Below are positions 29,716 through 43,407 of a DNA stretch of 64,000 nt, in pieces. The stretch spans positions 124,001 to 188,000 of the forward strand of contig CDMY01000022.1 of assembly GCA_001179505.1 (NCBI GenBank). Reading direction: 5' to 3'. The first letter of the stretch is position 1, and the number at the start of each line of letters is the position of its first letter. This DNA is from Vitrella brassicaformis CCMP3155 (taxonomy: Eukaryota > Protista > Chromerida). Below the pieces are notes generated by a model. That model did not search any database and was not told the origin of the DNA. It saw only the letters and a program-made list of their open reading frames with translations. Position numbers and translations under genes: made by a program.

Positions 29716-31578
29716 GGGAGACATTGGGCAATTAGGCAGAGAGAGGGGAGAAGAGAGCGTCAGGGAGCCAGCCATTCATTGTGTGGGGTGTGTGTTGGTC
29801 GGTGTGTGTGTTGACGGGATGGGTGCTGTTCAGGGGCCGTGTCGTGCCTGTGTGCGGGAGTGTGGCGTCTGAGGATGAGGCCGTGTGACGCGACAAACAC
29901 ACCGACGGACGGCATGGCACCGACACACGATAGATGACCTACCTGGTCCGACTGCGATGCATGGACTGATGAATGGACTGATCGCACTCACTCTGCCGCC
30001 CCCACTGTCTCTTGGTTTTGTTCGTGGCACGCTTGATGGGTCGTGACACGAGAGGGAAGCAGGAGACAGTGGGGCGGTGCGGCAAGCCACTCGCCTGTCT
30101 GCGTCTGTATGTGTCGTGCAGACGGGCGGGCAGGCAGGCCTTTTCCGGCTGATCGATCAGTGCTGTTGTGTGTGTAGTGTGTGTAACACCTGGTGGTATG
30201 TGTGTGTATGTGGTCATGTGCTTCATGTCATTGACTGCGTTTGTGTTGGTTGTGAGGGTTCTACACTGTGCAGACAGAACAAAGGGGCTCGCCGGGCCGG
30301 GACATACAGCAAGCACTACAGCCACAAGGCAAACGACTTACAGCAAGCAGTTTGCCTGTCGCTAGTCAATGCTGCTTGCTGCATGTCGTTTGTCTTGTGG
30401 TGGCGTATGTGTTTGTTGTAGTCGCATTCGTTCAACATGGTCGGAAGGGTGATGGATTGGCGCATCGATCCGTCAGTCACACGCATTCTGTATTGTATAT
30501 TCACATATATCTATCGTATATGGGTGGGTGCATCCGTGGGTGCGTACTGGATGGATGGATGGCCGGCCCTCCCTCTCTCTGTGTGCCTGACGGATGGATG
30601 GATGGATGGGCCGAGCCACATTTTTCTCCACACAACACCTACTGGTGCGTATGTGTGTATGGTCCTACCCATGTCGAACGAAACGAAGAGCATTCATTGT
30701 CTTTGTGCCTTCGTGTGCTGACTGTACCATAGCTAAGCCTGTGACCTACCCCCCCTCTCACTCTCTCTTGTGCAGTCTCTGTCTTTCCATGTGTGCGTGT
30801 CTGTCTGTCTGTCTATTTTTCTGCGCGCCTATGTGCGCAGCTGCTGCCGCAGAAATGCCTGCTGGCTGCATAAGCCGCTCACTTTCCTATTCCTTCCCCA
30901 CACACCGACCGATATGTGTCAGTCAGGTCTCCCTCTTTTTTCACCTTGGTCAGATAATATATTGTTCTAAGCTCGGTGCGGTACAGGCAGCTGTGTGTGT
31001 GTGTGTGTATGTGTAATGAGTTGAGTGGATCGGGGAGGGAGGGGGGGAGGGAGGGAGGGAGACTTGCTGAGAAGAAGATCTCACGCGACGTGACGTGGTG
31101 CGCTCGTGTGTTGTGTGTTGTGTGGAGCACCTCTGCACCCACTGGCTGGCTGATTTGTCAACGAACACACGAATGAGACAGAGAAGAAAGCTCAAGTTGT
31201 AGCTCAAGCACAACACAACACACCACACCACACCACATCACACCAGGCAACGCAGTATAAGCCACAATCTCCACACACGTCAACACGCAAACACGCGCAC
31301 GGAAAACGGCATAACACCATGTCCGTTCATCTAATTCAGCCAGCCTCTCCCTCCCTCTCTCTGTATCTCTTTCCCCGTCTGCGCCTCTCACTGCCCCACC
31401 AGCTGCAGATAAAGCAGTCAGTGTAGCAGCGGTAGGGACAACGGAAACACCGATAGACAGATGGATGGACAGACTCGGCCCACAAAAGTGTGAACCGATG
31501 TGAGCAGGCAAGCCAAGGGTGACTGAGATGGGGCGGCCCATCTGTCTATCCATCCGTCCATCCATCCATTCAATGGCA

Positions 31579-33238
31579 TCAGTACTGGATTGCGAGACCA
31601 ATGGCGGGCATCTGGCACAGGGGGCACTTGTAGGTGACCTTCGCCCCCTTCTTGATGTCTGGATTGGCCAAGAAGGGATACTTTCTCAGGGCGCACTTCT
31701 TGCACTGACAGACAACAAGTATTTCGCACCACACACACACACACACAGACACACAGATATGTGTCAATCGACCGGTGGGGCGTGTGTGTCTCTATTTTTC
31801 CTACATAGGCTATGCAGCTCCTGTGGGTAATCGCAGTAGGGGTGCCCCCAGGCGGCATCGAGGACGAGCTGGACGACGAGGCCGCAGCGGCAGCAGCAGC
31901 AGCGGCAGCAGCAGCGGGCGGGGCTCTAGATGAGGACGAGGATGAGTGTGGTGGAGGCTTCTTGACGTCGTCCTGGTGCACGAAGGCCACCTCCCGCTTG
32001 GCGTCCTTACACGCGACACACGTCTCCTCCATCTTATACCGCTCGAGCTCCGCTTCACGCCTCTGTCAGTCAGCGCACACAAACATACAGATGAGGGCCG
32101 GACGCACTCACGCCCGATTTGCTGGCTGGTGCCGTGTCTGATTGATTGCTTGCCCCGTATTCTTCGTTCTGCTCCTTCGCTTTTCTCTCACACTCGATGG
32201 TCTTGCGCTGCAGCTCGGCCTTGGTCCTCTGCCGACGGAGAATCCGCAGCTCACCCTGGATGTCCTCGCGCGCCCTATCGATGCTCTGCTTCCCCTCCTC
32301 CCCCTCCGTGAGGGCCTTCTGCATGAGATCGGTGATGCGATTGCTCTCGGACGACAGCTTGCCTTCCTGCGACTCGAGGGTGGCGACAGCATCCGTCAGG
32401 TGGGTGACGTGCTCCCCGAGCTCGGCCTCGTCGGGCTGCTCGGACAGGAGCGGTATCATGGCAGAGGCGCTGATTGATGGACGAAGGGAGGGACGCAGCA
32501 GCAAATATGAACCGACAGGCGGGCAGGTCATTCATCTTGTGTTGTGCTGTGTGTGTAGGTGGACGGACGAACCTCTGCACATGGAGGAGGCTTCGGTCAA
32601 TAATGATGCGACCCATACACGCCTCCAGCCTGAATGAATGAATGAATGGACGGGCCAGCAAAAACACCACACACACACATACATACGGCGCTCAGCCAGG
32701 TCTGTCTTTTCTTCCTCACTGCAGTGTTCTCAATTCCATGGTTCGGAGGGCGGCCCTCAGTGCCGGCACGTCCTCCGTGTTGGCGTGAGCAGTCGTCTCT
32801 GGCAGGAACCGCAAAGCCTCCAGTTCCCGCTCCAGACGATCTACCTTGTCCTCCGCCTCACGCAACCTGCAGCCACGTCAGACGAGGGTGTGGGTGTGGT
32901 GTTGCAAAAACGGTTTTCTGTGTGTGGTCAGAGCACTCACCTTGCCCGTGTGCTCTCCAGCTCGTCCCTCACCTGCCAACTGCAGTCATCACATCATGGA
33001 CCACACACATGAATGGCGCGTGGCGAAAGATGGAGGATGAGAGATTAGAGATGGAGCGCAGCTCCTTTCTTCTCTCTCCCTTCCCCTCCCTCCTGCGTGC
33101 CCCGTCACGTACACTTCGTCTGCGTCCATTGCCCCGTTGAACAAGCTCCCAGGTGATGCTGCATCCTGGGTTGAACCGAGCACAGTGGTCAGCGGGATCT
33201 TTCGTATTGGTTTTTGTGCTCCTCTTCACCTGGGGCAT
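31579..33238 (-). CDS. Coiled-coil protein with interrupted MDM2-like RING finger (paralogue A)
   Basis: Heptad-rich exons, then CVACKDAKREVAFVH-[poly-Ser/Ala insert]-THRSCIAY|CKKCA...KCPLCQMPAIGLAIQY-stop. The start codon is tentative. Confidence 0.7.
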
Positions 33239-33383
33239 TGAATCCTCAGCTGTGTGTCCCTCCATCGTCCTGTACCTGCTCTTTGGTTTACAAATCGGAC
33301 CGCAAGCTCAAGCGCGAGCTTGACACCCAGAGGGCTTCAGTCAATCTCAGGCGTTGGTAGAATAGCATTCTGTGTGTGTGAGG

Positions 33384-36300
33384 ATGTCTTCACGGGGCCG
33401 TGGTCGAAGCCGAGGAGGGAGGCGGAGAGAGGCGCCCGCCGCTACAAATGCTGCTGGGCATGATGGTTACACTTTCTATGATGTGAGCAGCAAGCACTCA
33501 CTGCTAGCATCTGTCTGTGGCCGGGCCGGCAACAGACATCCCTTCCCTATCCCTTCCGCTTCTCCCTCTGTCTGTCCAGGCGGGAGGCCCCTCTAGCGAT
33601 GACGATGGGATGCCGTCACTCGTGGAGGATAGTGACGCCATCACGGTCGGCCGGCCACAAGACACACACACATACACACGCAGCCCTCGCCACACGCATC
33701 TGTGCTTGTGCGTCGTCATCATCTTTTCAGGCACTGTCAGCGCCACCCGACCCCGCTGGCCGCAACGAGAGGAGCACAGGGGCAGCCGCAGCAGCAGCCG
33801 CAGCATCCGACGGCGGCATGCCCGGCCTGGTGCCATCCCCCGACATGGTCTCCTCACCCGGCTCGCCCGAGGAGGAGTCGAACGTCGATGGCTGGCGAGG
33901 CAATGCTGCCGTTCGGAGCACCTCACATGCGTCTACACAGCGGGAGGGCAGCCAGGGGTCGGTGGCGTCCACTCATCGAGGTGACAGCCCACCAGCGGCC
34001 GTGGCGGCCCGCAGCAGCGGCCCGAGGGCTACCGCCACTCAGTCGCAATCGCAAAGGCCGCAGGGGTTATTCGGTAAGGCACAACACAACACAACACACC
34101 TCTTGCGTGCCCATGCACCTCCCTCCCTCCCTCCGTGTATGTTAGGCAACATCCCTCTTCGCAGTTTAGCGACGCCTTCGGGTTTCAGTCTCAATCTTCG
34201 TGGAATAGCGTCGGGTCTGGGGACTGCTCGCGATGCACAGCCACCACCGGGGCAGGAGCCCTCCACCAGCAGCAGCGCAGCAGCTGCGGATGCGGGTGGT
34301 GGGATAGGCCCGTTGAGGGGCCAGTTCGCCAGCGCCGTCCAGATGGGTGCCCTCGACCCCCAATACCGCCGGTTCAGCGGCCAAGCGGGCGGCGACGGCC
34401 TTGTCGACTTCCATGACGACTACGACGACGACGATGATGACGACGATGACATTGTGGATGTGGAGTCCGACGGGTCGCAAGACTCCCTGCCGCCCCTCGC
34501 CGGTCCAGAGGACGACGCACCGCCCCCGCCACTCGGGCACGACTTCACGTTCGGAAGCGGCCCTGCGGGGATGCCGAACCCGTTCTTCGGCATGATGGCT
34601 GGCGGGCAGGTGGTCACGGGCGGCGCGGGGGGCGGCGGAAGGGCGACGGGGAGAGGGAGGGGTCAGGCGAGCTCGGCCAGCAGCCGCGGTGGTGGTGGTG
34701 GTTGTGGTGGAAGCAGTAGTGGTGCACCGGCAGCCGCAGCGGCCCGCAGCGAGAGTGCATATGAGCAGGAGATGTAAGTCAGGAGGGAGGGAGGGAGGGG
34801 TGACTCGACAGACCATCCTCAGTGTTGTGTCATCTTGCGTGTTGTGTTGTGTGTGATGCATGCCATGCAGTCGTGAGACGAGGGAGCGGCTGGGCCACTG
34901 TTTGGCGAAGCTGGAGGCCGAGGTGGAGGCCAAGGAGGAGCTCCAGCAAGAGAACGACAACCACAAGCGCCACAAGAAAGAGATGCAGGAGGAACTCAAC
35001 GAACGAAAACGGTACACACACACACTACACACACGCACACACACACACACACAGGCACACTCCCTCCCTCCTCGCTCTCTGTGGTGTGGTGTGGTCATTT
35101 CTTTCAGGCGTGAGGAGAGGTTTGAGCAGGAGCGCGCCCAGTGGGACCAGGAGCGGGCCAAGTTGCAGCAGGAGCTGCGTGACGCCAAGAGGGGGCCTTC
35201 CTCAGCCGCGGCGGCTGCGGCTGCATCAGCAGCGCCTGCAGCAGCTGCAGCGGCTGCCACGCACAGGTGATCAAAACGACACACACACACACGCATGCCA
35301 CACAGGCGGCCATGTGTGTGTGTGTGTGTCTGTGTGTGTAGGTTGGAGGTCGAGGTGGAGCGGCTCAACGAGGAGATGAGAAAGAAGAACCAGAAGATCG
35401 AAAACCAGAAGAACCACATCACGAACGTGGAGGCCAGGTGGGTGGGCGGAGGCACGCGCAACGCAACAGACACACACAGCACAGCACAGCAAAGGCCACA
35501 CACTTGGATGGATGGATGGATGCGTGCATGTGTGGATGTGTGTGTGTGTGTGTGTGTGTGTGCAGTCACAAGGCAAAGGTCGAGGGTTTGGAGAAGAGTG
35601 TCCAGGACCTGAGGGCCAAGGAGAGGGCGGCCAACGTCAGTCTATCAGCCAGACAGCATACCATACACAGACGCAATTTTGTCATTGGTTGTCTCTGTCT
35701 GTGTGTCCGTCGGTCTGTCTGTCTGTGTGTCTGTGTGTCTGTCTGTGTCTGTCTGTGCAGGAGGCCAAGCGAGCAGCGGAGCGTGACCGTGACAGGGCGA
35801 GGGGCGAAATGGCCGCAATCGACCGTGTGCGAGACGAGTGAGCAGCACACATACACACACATCCACCCAGACCCCACCCACCACTTGTCTGCGTGTGTCT
35901 GCCTGTGGGCAGGTTGCGGGTCGAGAGGGACCGCGTCCAGACCCTCAACGAGGAGCTGCAGACCACCCGGCAGCAGCGGGATGACATGCAGCAGCAGCGC
36001 GACACGTAACTGGACGGACGGGACGACACAGCAATACCACAGAGAGATTGACAGACTATCACATCTGATCTATCAGGGCACGTAACGAGACGGAGGCCGT
36101 TCGAACCGAGAAGGACACCGAGAGGGACGAACTTCGCGGGCGGCTGCAGCGCCAGATCGAGCAGCTGGAGCTGGAGCTCGCCAAGGCCAAGTCCGCCACT
36201 GAGGCCGCAGAGAACGAGAAAGCCGCCCTCAACGCCGATATGGAGCGACGCGAGCAGCAAATCGGGCAGCTGGAGAAACGGTGGGCGGGGAGCACAAAGC

Positions 36301-37818
36301 GCATGGGCGAGGTCATCTCTGTGTTGGTGTTGGTCGCCGTTCAGGCTGGAGGAGGAGAGCCGTCACAAGGCCACGCTACATCAGCTGCAGCGCCAGCACA
36401 GACAGACGTGAGCAAAGGACCACCGTCATGGGATGGATGTGGTGCTGCACACCGCGACATCCATGGCCCTTCTGTGTGTGTGTGTGTGGATGCAGTTTGG
36501 AGGAGAACAGGCGCATGGTGTCGCGCACGGAGCAGCTGGAGCAGGCCGTGGCGGCCATGCAGAAGACGCCCGTGTCCGACGCACACACCCACAGCGACGA
36601 CCCCGCCACACTCAAGGCCGCACTCAAGCAAATGGAGCAAGACAGAAACCGGTCACACACACACACACAGCACATGGCTCATCGCTGCACATGGGTCTCT
36701 GGATGTGTGTGTGTGGTGTGTTGGGTGTGTTGGGTGTGTTGTGTGTCGATGAATGCTGCAGGCTCGAGAGCGACCAGCGTAGCGAGATCAAGCAGGGGTA
36801 CCAGCAGCTGCAGAAGAGCATCCGGGAGATCCGGCGGCTGAGAGAGGAGCTCAAGAGGGCCAAGGCCAACCCACACGGCATCGCATTCCCCACCGAGATC
36901 GAGCAGCAACACCTCCTACAAGTCAATCGGTGAGCCATTGAGCCGTTGAGCCACGTACCCCACCCCACACCACCACACCATCACGCCACAGAGCCACACG
37001 AATGTTCGGTTCTGTCGGCTGCGTTTGTGTGATCAATCAGGGTGCCCGACCTGCCCGACGACATGCAACAGCATGAGGACTACGCGAGGGATCTCCACCG
37101 CGCCAGGCAGACCCTCCGCGAGCAAGAGCAACGTCTCGCGGCTGAGAAGGCCCGCATCGACGAGGGCATGCAGGCCGCCATGCGAAACATGCGGGCGGCC
37201 ATGGGACGCGCGGCCGAGTGCAGGCAGCGCATCGACAAGGCCCTCAAGGGGGTGCGTGACGAGCAGGGCCGTGCTGAGGAGCTGGAGGAGCAGGTGCAGT
37301 GGGAGATGGATCATGCAGCCTACAGGATGAGCGAGCCGGACAGGCAGAGGGAACTCAAGGTACGTGACCACACTCTCTCGGACACACACACACACACAGA
37401 CTATTTCCCCGGACGCCTTGATTGCCAATCCTTCTGTCCCTCTCTCTCTGTTCTGTGTGTGGTTCTCGTGTGTATGTGTGCGACGTCACCTCAGGAGGTC
37501 ACAGAGAAGGTGGAGGCGAAAGAGAAAGAGAGAGAGTGTATTGCCTGTTATGAGAGCCCCAAGAAGGTGGCCTTCGTTTACAGCCCCATCGACAACTACC
37601 CGGCCCATCTCAAGAACTACGAGAAGGAGCAGGAGGACCTCAGGCGCAGGAAGGAGGAACAACGCAAAAGGGACGAAGAGAACAGGAGGAGGAACGGGCC
37701 ACCGGCTGCTGCTGCTGCTGCTGCTGCGGCCTCGTCGAGCTCGTATGAACCGATGTCGCTGACGCCTGCGCCCTCCCGCCCGACAGACGGTTTCTGGCGC
37801 AGCTGCCTCCTCCTGGTA
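33384..37818 (+). CDS. Long disordered plus coiled-coil protein with interrupted RING (paralogue B); 3' end falls in an assembly gap
   Basis: Gly/Ala/Asp-rich N-terminus and many coiled-coil exons, then CIACYESPKKVAFVY-[insert with poly-Ala]-FWRSCLLL followed by a GT donor at the N-gap. Confidence 0.7.
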
Positions 37819-38118
37819 NNNNNNNNNNNNNNNNNNNNNNNNNNNNNNNNNNNNNNNNNNNNNNNNNNNNNNNNNNNNNNNNNNNNNNNNNNNNNNNNNN
37901 NNNNNNNNNNNNNNNNNNNNNNNNNNNNNNNNNNNNNNNNNNNNNNNNNNNNNNNNNNNNNNNNNNNNNNNNNNNNNNNNNNNNNNNNNNNNNNNNNNNN
38001 NNNNNNNNNNNNNNNNNNNNNNNNNNNNNNNNNNNNNNNNNNNNNNNNNNNNNNNNNNNNNNNNNNNNNNNNNNNNNNNNNNNNNNNNNNNNNNNNNNNN
38101 NNNNNNNNNNNNNNNNNN
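37819..38118. other. Assembly gap (300 N)
   Basis: Run of N. Confidence 1.
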
Positions 38119-38939
38119 TGTTTGGTTGCACTGCTGCTTGGGCGCTTCTGCCCGCGTGAGGCTTCCTCGTGTGACGTGCAATCGGCTGGCTTGCAGCAGG
38201 GCATCTCGCCTTCGTGCGAGGAGGGAGAGAGAGAGAGAGAGAGAGAGAGGAATAGCACACAAAACCACACAAACGCGGGCCTTTTTTGTGCGTAGAGCTT
38301 TCGGCCACCCATCTTGCTCTGTGTGGGTTATCTCTCGGTTCGCAGAGCTTCCTCTGGTTCGTGCTCGTCGTTGACGTTGTGCCGATGGCCAGCACATTTG
38401 TCAACGACGAGCACTTTTCCTGCGGGAGCTCGACAACTGACAGCAACGGCCAACCACGGAGACAGACAGACAGACAGACCGACTTACGGACTGACTGTGA
38501 GTGACGCGCGAAACCAGTCCAGAGGGCATTTTGAGCTCAGGTGGAGAACTGCGGTGTGCTGTGCACATGAAGGGCGTGCTTGGCCATCTGTGACTGCAGT
38601 GCTCGTGCCGTTTGCGTGTGTGTATGGCGTGTTTGCGTGTTGATGCACGACACGGCAGACCTCTGCCGCGTGCAAACAGCATCGAATCAAATCTACTTGC
38701 AAACAGCTCGGCGCGCCGTCTGTGTCTACACCGCATAATGGGGTGCATTTGCCGACTCCATGCCATGATAGTGTCCTCCGATTCCTCTCCCGATCACAAG
38801 TGCGCAAATGCTGCCTCGGCACGAAAAACCGGCCAGACCAGGTCCGCGCTTGACTGCATACGTCAACACACTGCGCTAGTGCAGACGCCAGGTGCTCAGA
38901 AGTCAAGCACCATGCATCCCACATCCCTCAGTCAGTCAA

Positions 38940-39870
38940 TCAGCCTGCTTTGGCACTCTTGAGTCGCTCCAGTTCGGCGGCCACTGGATCCGGTTGAGGT
39001 GCCACTGCTCTTTCCCACGACTTGGAGGGATCAAGGAGGTCAGTGAGGACACGCCAGATGACAGGCGAGGCTCGACCTGAGCGTTGTGTGGGGGCAGGGC
39101 AGCCAAAGAGAAGATTGTCCGCACCCGCGGTCGACTCAGCTGTGATGGTCACTCACCCCACAGTATGGCTGCGCTAAGATAAGAAGCCCAGCCGACAAAC
39201 TGCACGCAGAAGAAGCTCGGCGGGAAAATGACTGTGGTGGACCACTTGGCCATGTTGGTCCCGAACACCCAGCACAGATGTATCATCGCTGATGGAGCCC
39301 GACAGACAGACAGACAGACACACATCCATAGGATCATAGCGCGGGGACGGCGAGGGGCGGCTGAGACGAGCGCTTACAAACGGCAATCCCAAAGAGCAGC
39401 GTTGCGCCTGCCTGGTCGCCTCGCATGATCCACCAGTGGTCCCGCTCAGCTGCACCCGTCCCCATCGCCATACCAAGGAGGGCACAGAGGACTGCATGAT
39501 TCACGATGGCCGACGACATCTGAAAGCAATTACTGATCAATGAACGGTTGCAACAGCCATCTCTGCACCCGCCTTGTGAGTACTGTACCGCAGCGGCCTT
39601 GGCAGCGTCGAGAAGGTGGCCAGTGAGCGGCTGCAGGCAAGGCGGCAGCTGCCAGGCGTTGAGAGCAGTGCCCTTGCGGCTGCTCAGCGGGACCAGGGGC
39701 TGCTGCTGAACAGCCGGGAACAAAACGCCCTGTGGTCGTGGCGTCCCTCCTCCAGCGAGAGAGGGTAGATGGACGAAGGAAGGCACAACGAGACGATGCT
39801 GTCGATGTGATTTGGTGACTGCGACACCCCAGAGAACGGCGGAAAGGAACAGGGCGCTCATAGATCTCAT
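38940..39870 (-). CDS. Putative plastid-targeted small two-TM protein of unknown function
   Basis: MRSMSALFLSAVLWGVAVT signal-like segment, then a transit-like region (VPSFVHLPS...GTALNA), two hydrophobic segments and the tail ...ELERLKSAKAG-stop. One intron may be GC-AG (39572..39450) or retained in frame. Confidence 0.55.
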
Positions 39871-40767
39871 GATGACGACTGCTCCGCCGCAAGATGGAAA
39901 ATAGCACAGCTGCGAGCTCGAGGTAAACGAAAACGTTTTGTCGCGCCTCGCGGACGGGCCGCACCTCAAGGAGAGAGATCGCTTGACCCGGGCGCAACCT
40001 TGCTCTACACGGCGCCCGCCATCCACACTGCAGACCCACGGCAATGCACGTCTTCCTCTGTCACAGATCTGCTCGGGCGTGATGAGCCCCTGCAGTGACG
40101 CTGCAGATGAAGTGTGTGTGTCCCTGTGTGTGTATGTGTGTGCAGCGGGTCTTGAGTCGCAGGCCGTGGTGATCGATCACGAGGCGAGCACCGACCTCAC
40201 CAGAGGCCGAGCCGCACAAAGTACACACACAGCCGCCTGGTCCACACTCACACTCTCGAGAGTCTCACTCTCACTGCCTGTGTGTCTCTGTGTGTGTCAG
40301 TTCTTGCTGAGCGTGGTGGCCCCGACGACCACCACCACCAGCAGCAGCAGCAGAGAGGAGGCCAGAGGCACCAAGAGGAAAGTCACCATCGGTCCCCGCG
40401 GGCAGATCGATCATGTGTGAGTGAGAGTGGACAGACGGCCGACAGACACACAAACAGACAGACAGACAGACAGACAGACGGTCTGTGTGCTCGTGCGTGC
40501 GGGTGAGATTATGAAGACACAGACGGCCTGGCCCGTCTTGTGTTAACTGAATTGTCGCTGTTCGTGTCTGTCTGTCTGAGTGCGTTTCATGGCAATGGAT
40601 GTCTTTGCGCGGAGCAATTGGCTCGTTCAACCATCATCTCTGTGTGGGTGTCTCTCCCCCGCCCCTCCTTGTCCACGCAGGCCCCAACCCTTCACACTCG
40701 CCCCTCCCAGCCCATTCACTCACCCTCTCTCCCCCCCCTCCACCACTCTCCCCCTCCAGCTCTCTGC

Positions 40768-43374
40768 TCACAGTTCGATCTCCATCCGCCCGCTGCCACC
40801 AGCAGCAGCAGCAGCGCCCTCCGCCCCGCAGGTCACCATCATCTCGTTGTTCTCGTCGCCCCAGTCTAAGCTGCCGGCGGCGATTGCGTCAGCGTATCGC
40901 ATCTGTGACTCCGGATCTCTCGGGCGCGGGCCTCCAAGTCCAGCCGCATCTCGGGCGGCAGGGGGCGCTTGTCGGGATGGTCGGGGTCGAGATTCCAGTT
41001 GCGCACCAGGGGCTCCTGGCTGAGCCACGGGTGGGGCTCCCAACTGCTGCCCTTGCTGCCGCCAATGGCATCGCCCATTAAGGGGTCGTCGTCTTGCGAG
41101 AGGATGGACTCCTTGCGGCCCAAGGACGAGCCCGAGGAGCTACTCATGAAGGCGGCGGCGCTGGTAGCGGTGCGGCTCTTCTTTGCTGGGGGCTCGAGCG
41201 TGTCGGCGCCAGCACCTGAAGACCACAAGGCCAGCAATCAGCAGACAGGCAGGGAGACACCATGAGATGGGGACGGCTGGGGTGATGTCTTGCGTGTGTA
41301 CCGTGCTGCAGCGACATGGATCCGTGGTTGCAGAAGCCTCTCTGTTTATCGTCCAGGCCAGACAAAAACTGAAGGCACACACAGCAGTGATACAGAGAGA
41401 GAGTCTCTTGGAGGCTCGATATGTGTCTCCTTCTGTGTGTCTGTCAGTGACCTCTTCATTCGAACGACTAATGCCGACCCCGCAGCCCAGCCCATGCGCA
41501 TGTAGATGTATCCCCACTCGCGGGCGGAAGCTGTCGAATCCCTCCCAGGGGCGTCTCCGCTTCTTCTCGTTCTCGTTAAGGGCGGCCTGCAGTTCGGCCC
41601 AGCTGGGCGGCCCCTTGTGTCCTCCCGCCGGCTGCTCGGCGGCATCACTCCCCCCGCCTGTCTTCTTGCTGCATCGCATCTCGAAGATCTCGGTCAGCTC
41701 GATGAAGTCATCCGGATCGAATCTGTCGAACTGGCGACCAATGTACAGGCAGTTGTTGTCCTTGTCGTAGCGGCGCTCCTCGAAGAGACCCCACTCGTTC
41801 TCGTCAGGGAATATGTACGACTTGCCGTCTTTGGGGGGATCGAAACGGTCATCGAGCTGAATGACTTTGGGCGGGCTGCGGTGTGTCTGCTGGCCGGCAC
41901 TAGCGGACTCACCACGCTCCTTCTGGTCACTTTTGGCCATTTCAAACTTTGCGGGCTTTGGGGAGGCCGTCTTGGACATGAGTGTGTCGGGCGCCAGCTG
42001 CATCATCACCAATTTAGCTTCTTCAAAGGTATCTGTCCGTTTGTGCGATTTGCGGCCGAAGCGAGCGTCTTGGTCAGAGTCAGAGTCAGTGTCAAATCGC
42101 TCATATCGTCTCGGCTGCATCTCGAAGAGCTCAGGCTTCGAAGGCCGCTCGAAGGCCATCGGCACGCTGCGTTTGGGCGAGCGGGGCGGCTTGGACGGCT
42201 GGCGTCTTGTCACCGCACGTGTCTTCTTGGCCATCTTGACAGCCGGGGTGGTCGCCACGAGGGGCGCGGTGAACGGATCCACCTCTGCAAAGAAGAGACA
42301 GCAAGTGGCGGTGGCCCTTGATGTGTCTCTTTGCCTGCCTTCTGACCGTCAGCGCCGAGTTGTTTCTTTCTCTGCTGCCGCCCGAAGCGGCTCAACGGCT
42401 GGGCAGCGCCTTTGTCAACACCGTCCTCGACAACCAGAGACTTCTCTATGACAATCCCATCTGATCGATCACACACACAGAGAGGGAGGAGACGTGATCT
42501 GGCCTTTGTGTGTCTCATTCATTGTGTCCTTGCCGTCCGTCGTCGGCTTGACCTCCTTAGCAACAGAATCTGCACCACAGACACACAAGAATGGGCCCAC
42601 AGTGAGATAACCCCAGAGACACGGGAGACAGCCACAGCCATCCCATCCTTTCTCTGTGTGTGTGTGTATGTCTCACCCCCCGAGCAGCCCTTGCTCTGGC
42701 GTGTGGTGTCGAGTGGCGCGGTTCCGTCCGTAGAGCGGTTCAGTGGCGAGGTGTCCACGGTCGTGTCGGTCGCCAGCCGCCCCATGTTCTCGACATTGCC
42801 GCCAACCTTGTCTTCCTCCTCTGTCTTCACCACCGCTGTCATCTCATTCTTGGCGTTGAGAGCGCGGCTGCGGAAAGCCTTTGCGTCGATCTTGCCGAGG
42901 ATGTCATGCGCCCACTCGTAGTCGGCCAGGTGTTTCTTGATGAAGGTCAGGCGCTGCACACACACACACAGAGCCGACGGAGACACAGAGGCAGTGGACA
43001 GAGAGAAGGTCGATGGCCCACAACACATCCATGACCGGGCCGTAGGACACACACTCGTGGGCCTCCCATAGGGCCCTCCCCTCTCATGCTCTCAGGCTGT
43101 CTGCCCTTTCCCCCCTCTCCCTCTCCCCAGGTCAGCCGCTTACCTTCTTACAGGCCGTCTTGCACACGGGCCCTGGATTGCCTGCGGCGGCACAGAGTTT
43201 CCCCCAGTCGTCCGTCGTCACCAGGTGGGCCATGCACGCATCCTTCTTGGCGGTGGTGTCGGCGCCCTTCTTCTCGAGCTCCTTCATGAGCTTTTTCTCC
43301 ACCTCCGGGCACCATGTGTGCCTACCCTCGTGAGTGAAGTCCTTCGGGGAGTCCTCCTTCTTCTTCATCTTCAT
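40768..43374 (-). CDS. Myb/SANT-like domain protein, copy 1 (1-bp deletion near 40912 alters the C-terminus)
   Basis: WCPEVEKKLMKELEKKG...DDWGKLCAAAG...CKTACKK|RLTFIKKHL has the W..W..CxxR spacing of Myb/SANT/trihelix domains. About 6 exons. Confidence 0.6.
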
Positions 43375-43407
43375 CTTCTCCGAATCGGGTGGCGTGACTG
43401 GGGGCAG

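Noticed and set aside
29720-31570. Possible gene between the methyltransferase and RING paralogue A
   Set aside because: No coherent exon chain or recognisable motif; mostly simple repeats and AT-richer sequence.
37486-38446. ORFs spanning the first N-gap, and short minus-strand coding-like pieces at 38119-38450
   Set aside because: The ORFs are artefacts of N. The fragments (e.g. HEGEMPCCKP...) cannot be linked into a supportable gene model.
39149-39337. TspO/MBR assignment for the plastid-targeted protein (PPSFF...W motif)
   Set aside because: Only two TMs are present whereas TspO has five; the similarity is superficial.
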